This document shows, in pieces, positions 57,643-61,857 of a stretch of DNA of 61,857 nucleotides. Origin of the DNA: a virus. Taxonomy: Duplodnaviria; Caudoviricetes. The stretch's first letter is position 1, and every line of letters begins with the position of its first letter. Location: positions 1 through 61,857 of IMG/VR virus record IMGVR_UViG_3300020381_000004. One strand, written 5' to 3'. The notes beneath the pieces were generated by a model that did not search any database, was not told the DNA's origin, and saw nothing but the letters and a program-made list of their open reading frames with translations. Made by a program: the position numbers and the translations under genes.

Positions 57643-58017
57643 TTATGCGTATGGACTATCGCCTAATACAGAGGTATCCCATGCTGCTTTGAGCTTTGCG
57701 ATTGTATCTGCACTTGATATAGCACTTGCTGCTGGTGCATCTCTCAGTGCTTTCTTTTTAGCCACACTTGCAGTTTTTGCACTTGCGTCATCTGCTTCTA
57801 ATGCTTTCATGTATACAACGTCTTCTGCTTCTAATAGTGGCTTTCTTACCTCTCTGATTTTATCTTGAAATATCTTTTTAGCTTCAGTCATGTCTTCAGA
57901 TATAACCTTGCCATCAAGTTTCCAAGCACCTCTAAAGTGTCTATCAGAAGGAACAGTCACAGTAGAAGCATCTACAGTTGCTCCATCTTTATCTGTTATA
58001 TATGTTTTAGTTGTCAT
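57643..58017 (-). CDS. Tail fibre assembly-like protein
   Basis: DRHFRGAW...IREVRKPLL...ALRDAP. Confidence 0.65.
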   Translation of the reverse strand: MTTKTYITDKDGATVDASTVTVPSDRHFRGAWKLDGKVISEDMTEAKKIFQDKIREVRKPLLEAEDVVYMKALEADDASAKTASVAKKKALRDAPAASAISSADTIAKLKAAWDTSVLGDSPYA

Positions 58018-58026
58018 GTTTGCTCC

Positions 58027-58497
58027 TTATGCTGCTTCATTATCAATCTTCCAAGCATTACGCCATTCTCTTGTACTTGGTAGTTGATCCTTTTTACAAA
58101 TAACTAATCTCTGTCGATTAGCTTTTTCATAATCTCTCCACACTCTTTGTGGTACGTCTTTCATAATTAAATACTCTATTGCTTGTTCTTCCGTCATTTT
58201 ACCAATAGGCTTGGTTTTGTGCAATAGATAACCTCTTGTATGTTTTTTAAAATCTGGCTTGGCTTCATCTTCTGCTAATAACCAGTACACCTCTACTGGT
58301 GGTAGTATACCACCTTGTAATGCACAAGCCATCCAGTTTAGATCTGGTACAGTTATCTTAGCAGGTGCTTCAGGATCTTCAGGATCTTCCCATACAATAC
58401 GATAGTCTGATTGTACACCTTCCAAGTTTTCTTTTGCCCAACACAACCTATCCCATAAATGTGTGCCTTGAAACTTTGGTGTTTTTATTTCTGTCAT
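58027..58497 (-). CDS. Conserved tail-region protein
   Basis: MTEEQAIEYLIMKDVP...LP..REWRNAW. Confidence 0.65.
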   Translation of the reverse strand: MTEIKTPKFQGTHLWDRLCWAKENLEGVQSDYRIVWEDPEDPEAPAKITVPDLNWMACALQGGILPPVEVYWLLAEDEAKPDFKKHTRGYLLHKTKPIGKMTEEQAIEYLIMKDVPQRVWRDYEKANRQRLVICKKDQLPSTREWRNAWKIDNEAA

Positions 58498-58919
58498 GCT
58501 AAGTCTCCATGTATTTGTGTGGATATGCTATTTGCATCTGCACCACTATTAACAGAAGCTGTATTTGTAGTAAAAAACTGCCCAGAGCTAGAGGTTGAAC
58601 GAGCATGACTTCCTGCTATTTCTGTGCCACTTAGCAATCCAAATGTACTTTCATCAACTATTGCGGCACCACCAAAAGAAAAGTTTGCATTACCCATGTT
58701 ATTCGTAAATGCGTATTTGTATTGACCTCCACCTATGTCTGTAAGTGTGCTTGAATTAAAACTATCTGCATACGCAATAGTTCCTGCTGACCCATCAAAA
58801 AAATTCCATGCTTTAGCACTACCATTAAAAATATAACTCGTATTAATAGACTTTTCTGTACCAGACTTAACTGAATCAGATGTTGTTAATGTATCAAATG
58901 CTATTGTTCCGTTTGCCAT
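58494..58919 (-). CDS. GDLA-family tail protein paralogue
   Basis: GSAKAW...DSFNSSTLTD...GDLA*. Confidence 0.7.
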   Translation of the reverse strand: MANGTIAFDTLTTSDSVKSGTEKSINTSYIFNGSAKAWNFFDGSAGTIAYADSFNSSTLTDIGGGQYKYAFTNNMGNANFSFGGAAIVDESTFGLLSGTEIAGSHARSTSSSGQFFTTNTASVNSGADANSISTQIHGDLA

Positions 58920-59344
58920 TATGCTAAGTCTCCATGAACTAAAATACCATTATGATAAGCGTCTTGTTCGCCACCATTAACGTATTGAGAAGCAATTCTA
59001 AAAGACCCTGTTGCCATATTACTTGCTCCTGAATAACGACTATATTCATCATAAGCCAATGTTCCATTATAATGTGACATTGCGTTTATCGAATAAGTTG
59101 TATTTACCATATCATTCGCAATAGATACATCAATGTGACCTTCTAAAGCATCTGTAATACTTGTAACATTAAATGTATCACCTGATGTTACTGAACCTAG
59201 TACATCACCTCTTTGGTCAAAAGATCCCCACATTTTTGCCAGCCCTTGTTGTAAGTTCGTTGTGGTAGAACCGCCCTCTCCTGTAACAACAATGCTCCCT
59301 GCTGAAGTTGTACCTGTTAAGGTGTTTGTCTTAATGGTACTCAT
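58919..59344 (-). CDS. GDLA-family tail protein paralogue
   Basis: Start MSTIKTN; GLAKMW...DTFNVTSITD...GDLA*. Confidence 0.7.
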   Translation of the reverse strand: MSTIKTNTLTGTTSAGSIVVTGEGGSTTTNLQQGLAKMWGSFDQRGDVLGSVTSGDTFNVTSITDALEGHIDVSIANDMVNTTYSINAMSHYNGTLAYDEYSRYSGASNMATGSFRIASQYVNGGEQDAYHNGILVHGDLA

Positions 59345-59712
59345 GCTAGGTCTCCAAACGCTTGTCCACAAACATGGTTTCTATCTTGTTGAGAAGATGA
59401 AAAAATGTTCAAATTTATCTGTGATGCAGACTCTGCTACACATTGAAAGTTACTATCTCTATTAGCAGAAATTGGTATATCATGTGCACAAGTTCCTGTT
59501 GATGAATAATTAGCACTATCCATAGCATTAGTAAAAACTTGGTCGTAATTTCCTGTTCCGTTATCTACTATTGAACTTACATTAAAACTATCTCTTATTG
59601 CTATGGTAGAAGTTCCATTCATATTTAACCATGACTTAGCTGCGTGTTGATTAGTAAGTGTTACTGCACCACCACCTGTGCTTTGTACTGTATCTACTTT
59701 AATTGTACTCAC
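59341..59712 (-). CDS. GDLA-family tail protein paralogue
   Basis: AAKSW...DSFNVSSIVD...GDLA*. Confidence 0.7.
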   Translation of the reverse strand: MSTIKVDTVQSTGGGAVTLTNQHAAKSWLNMNGTSTIAIRDSFNVSSIVDNGTGNYDQVFTNAMDSANYSSTGTCAHDIPISANRDSNFQCVAESASQINLNIFSSSQQDRNHVCGQAFGDLA

Positions 59713-60164
59713 GAAGTCACCAACCTTCCACCATTTTCAACTGTAAGAGTTACACCAGATGCAACTGTAAGTGGACCTGTTACTTGTGCGTTCTCTGTGG
59801 CAAGTATTGTTGTATTAGATGTTAAACTTTGTGCATTGGTTCTAAATATACCACCAGATTTAAAATTACCTTTGTTTTCTGCTGCTGGTGTTATTGTTCC
59901 AAAGGTTCTGCCAAAAAACATAACGAATATATTATTACCAGAGTTATTGCTTGGGGCCGCACTAAATGTTAATGTTGTTCCATCTGGCACTGTATAAGCT
60001 CCAGTTGGCTCTTGCACCACACCATCTACAGATACAACAATATCTTGTTCTGAACTTACAGTTTGATTTAATGTAAAGGTTGTTGTACTGCCATCACCAC
60101 TAAACTCTTGTCTTGTTGGTAAGCTCTCAAAAGCTGGTGATATATTGTTACCAATCAAAGGCAT
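59709..60164 (-). CDS. Tail-associated protein (MPLIG family)
   Basis: FSGDGSTTTFTL...VSVDGVVQEP...AYT. Confidence 0.7.
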   Translation of the reverse strand: MPLIGNNISPAFESLPTRQEFSGDGSTTTFTLNQTVSSEQDIVVSVDGVVQEPTGAYTVPDGTTLTFSAAPSNNSGNNIFVMFFGRTFGTITPAAENKGNFKSGGIFRTNAQSLTSNTTILATENAQVTGPLTVASGVTLTVENGGRLVTS

Positions 60165-60173
60165 GACTTACTC

Positions 60174-60500
60174 CTATTCACTAATTGTGTCTACAACTGA
60201 CACCCATACATCAGCAGAACTTGCTGTATTACTCTTAACTTTTAACGCATCACCACTAACCATTACAATCTTAGCACCACCATCAAGAACTTGTAGACTT
60301 GATCCAGCAGGTATTGGTGCATCTTTTACAATATGTATATCATTAGAGCCATCATTAATATAAACCTCTACAGTTATTTGTGAGGTGGTTACGTTAGCTA
60401 TTGTTATCCCTACTATGGCATCATCTGAGTTTGCTGTTCTGAGTGTAACTGCACTTGTTCCAACTGCGTTTGAGGTATTTCGTTCAAAGTCTTGTGCCAT
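60174..60500 (-). CDS. Structural protein
   Basis: 108 aa; IVKDAPIPAGSSL...KIVM..GD.LKV. Confidence 0.65.
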   Translation of the reverse strand: MAQDFERNTSNAVGTSAVTLRTANSDDAIVGITIANVTTSQITVEVYINDGSNDIHIVKDAPIPAGSSLQVLDGGAKIVMVSGDALKVKSNTASSADVWVSVVDTISE

Positions 60501-60509
60501 TCTTTACTC

Positions 60510-61857
60510 CTATAACGCTATAGCCATTGCTACTGCAAAACCTTTTGATGCACCACCAGAGGTTATTCCTAAATTAGATGGCGTAATCTTTTTCATTGTA
60601 CCACCATCATCTACTAAAACAAAGTCTGCATCACTACTTGATGTTGTGGTTGATGGTGTGTCTGAGTTACCTGTTGTTAACACTGTTCCAGTCGCATCAG
60701 GTAATGTAACTGTTCTATCTGCTGTTGGGTCTGTAACAGTTAGCGTTGTTTCATTTGCATTTGAAGTTGCACCTTCAAAGATTAAATCTGCACCTGTTCC
60801 AAGTTGAATGTCATACTGTTGTACTCCTATATCAGTAATACTATTCATATTACCAGTAGTTATCACTGTTCCAGTTGCATCAGGTAAAGTAATAGTTCTA
60901 TCTGCTGTTGGACCTGCAACTGCTAAATCAGTTTCAAAATTGTTATAAGCACTTCCTTCAAATCTAATTTTATAAGGAGAACCTATATATAAATCATTGT
61001 AAAATTGAGCTAAACCAAAAGACAAACGAAAAGCAACTATATCAGAACCAGAGTTTTTATACATAAAGTCCATTTGACCATACTCTCCACCATCAGTAAC
61101 TCCAGAATTTCTCACATCTATTCGAGCATATTCTACTTTTTCATCAGCATCATTTTCTGCAAAAAATTGTATTTGACCTACATCATCAGAACTTGCAGGT
61201 GAAGCACTATTACGATAAAGTGATAAAGTAGGTGCTGCAGATGCACCTGCATCTGTAGATGTAAGTGTTAAATCGCCATTAACATCTACACCCGTTGATT
61301 TTGTTTCTAATATATTTGTAGAACTGTGATGTAATTTTACGCCTGAATTACCACCATATATTTCTGTTCCTGCAAAATATCCAGTTCCTGACTGTCCAAA
61401 CTTTAATGCCGAGTTTGCTGTTGCGTCTACAATAGTTCTAATATATCCACCAGTACCCAGTACAATTCTAGCACCACTGTGCAATGCTAACCCTACTGCT
61501 GTAGAAGTATCACTTCCACTTGAACCCGGTGGGTCATAGGTCACACCCCCCTCGCCTTCAAGAACACCTGCATCTAGTTTGCCTGATACTGTTGCACCAG
61601 TAGATGTAGTTTCAAACTTTTTAACATTATCATAATAAAGGTCTACTGACCCATTTTCAGTTGCATCAATTAATTTTTCACTACCATTAGAAGCATTTAC
61701 AGCAAGACGGCTTGTTTGAACTTTTAATTGACCAGTTCCGTTATCATGGATTATAGACTTGCTTCCATCATGGTATATTTGTAAATCACCACCAGTTCCA
61801 AAAACTGCTTTTACATTATCTGCAAACTCAAGAGCATCATCTGATTTATCAAAGACT
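60510..61857 (-). CDS. Tail fibre/spike protein, C-terminal part (open from the right edge)
   Basis: Frame is open from 61856 through track ORF 60510-61544; duplicated PTADRT(I/V)TLPDATGTV.TTGN; ends KGFAVAMAIAL. Confidence 0.85.
   Translation of the reverse strand, partial: VFDKSDDALEFADNVKAVFGTGGDLQIYHDGSKSIIHDNGTGQLKVQTSRLAVNASNGSEKLIDATENGSVDLYYDNVKKFETTSTGATVSGKLDAGVLEGEGGVTYDPPGSSGSDTSTAVGLALHSGARIVLGTGGYIRTIVDATANSALKFGQSGTGYFAGTEIYGGNSGVKLHHSSTNILETKSTGVDVNGDLTLTSTDAGASAAPTLSLYRNSASPASSDDVGQIQFFAENDADEKVEYARIDVRNSGVTDGGEYGQMDFMYKNSGSDIVAFRLSFGLAQFYNDLYIGSPYKIRFEGSAYNNFETDLAVAGPTADRTITLPDATGTVITTGNMNSITDIGVQQYDIQLGTGADLIFEGATSNANETTLTVTDPTADRTVTLPDATGTVLTTGNSDTPSTTTSSSDADFVLVDDGGTMKKITPSNLGITSGGASKGFAVAMAIAL
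61782..61857. repeat. 76-bp exact repeat of 39-114
   Basis: Direct sequence identity. Confidence 0.95.

Noticed and set aside
54423-60164. Diversity-generating retroelement or shufflon
   Set aside because: No reverse transcriptase or recombinase, no near-identical TR/VR pair, and all cassettes are co-oriented full genes.
1-61857. Alternative genetic code or stop-codon reassignment
   Set aside because: Core genes are intact and densely packed under the standard code, with all three stop codons used.

Overview
The window is a nearly complete ~61.8 kb AT-rich dsDNA tailed-phage genome with podovirus-like organisation. Its gene content (Leu762-type family A polymerase, AEP primase, UvrD and SNF2 helicases, GroES, MAISRAQLAKELEPGL-type capsid) recalls marine alphaproteobacterial phages such as the HTVC023P/uvMED groups; this assignment is from memory, not a search. 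Packaging and virion genes lie on the minus strand (1-21.1 kb and 38.3-61.8 kb), and early and replication genes on the plus strand (22.5-38.2 kb). The two ends share an exact 76-bp overlap inside one tail-fibre gene. The most unusual features are: (1) a C5 DNA methyltransferase split over two overlapping frames, with a nested ORF carrying its own RBS, three TRD-like repeats and motif IX; (2) four 20-21 bp perfect inverted repeats of similar geometry but different sequence, with GC/CCNGG-rich spacers, between terL and the early genes; (3) six paralogous tail-region genes all ending GDLA*, where the coding DNA doubles as the RBS and start of the next gene; (4) GGCC apparently confined to GGGCC/GGCCC context and strongly strand-biased; (5) intergenic hairpins exposing anti-Shine-Dalgarno CUCCU loops. 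No tRNA, CRISPR array, integrase or reverse transcriptase was seen.
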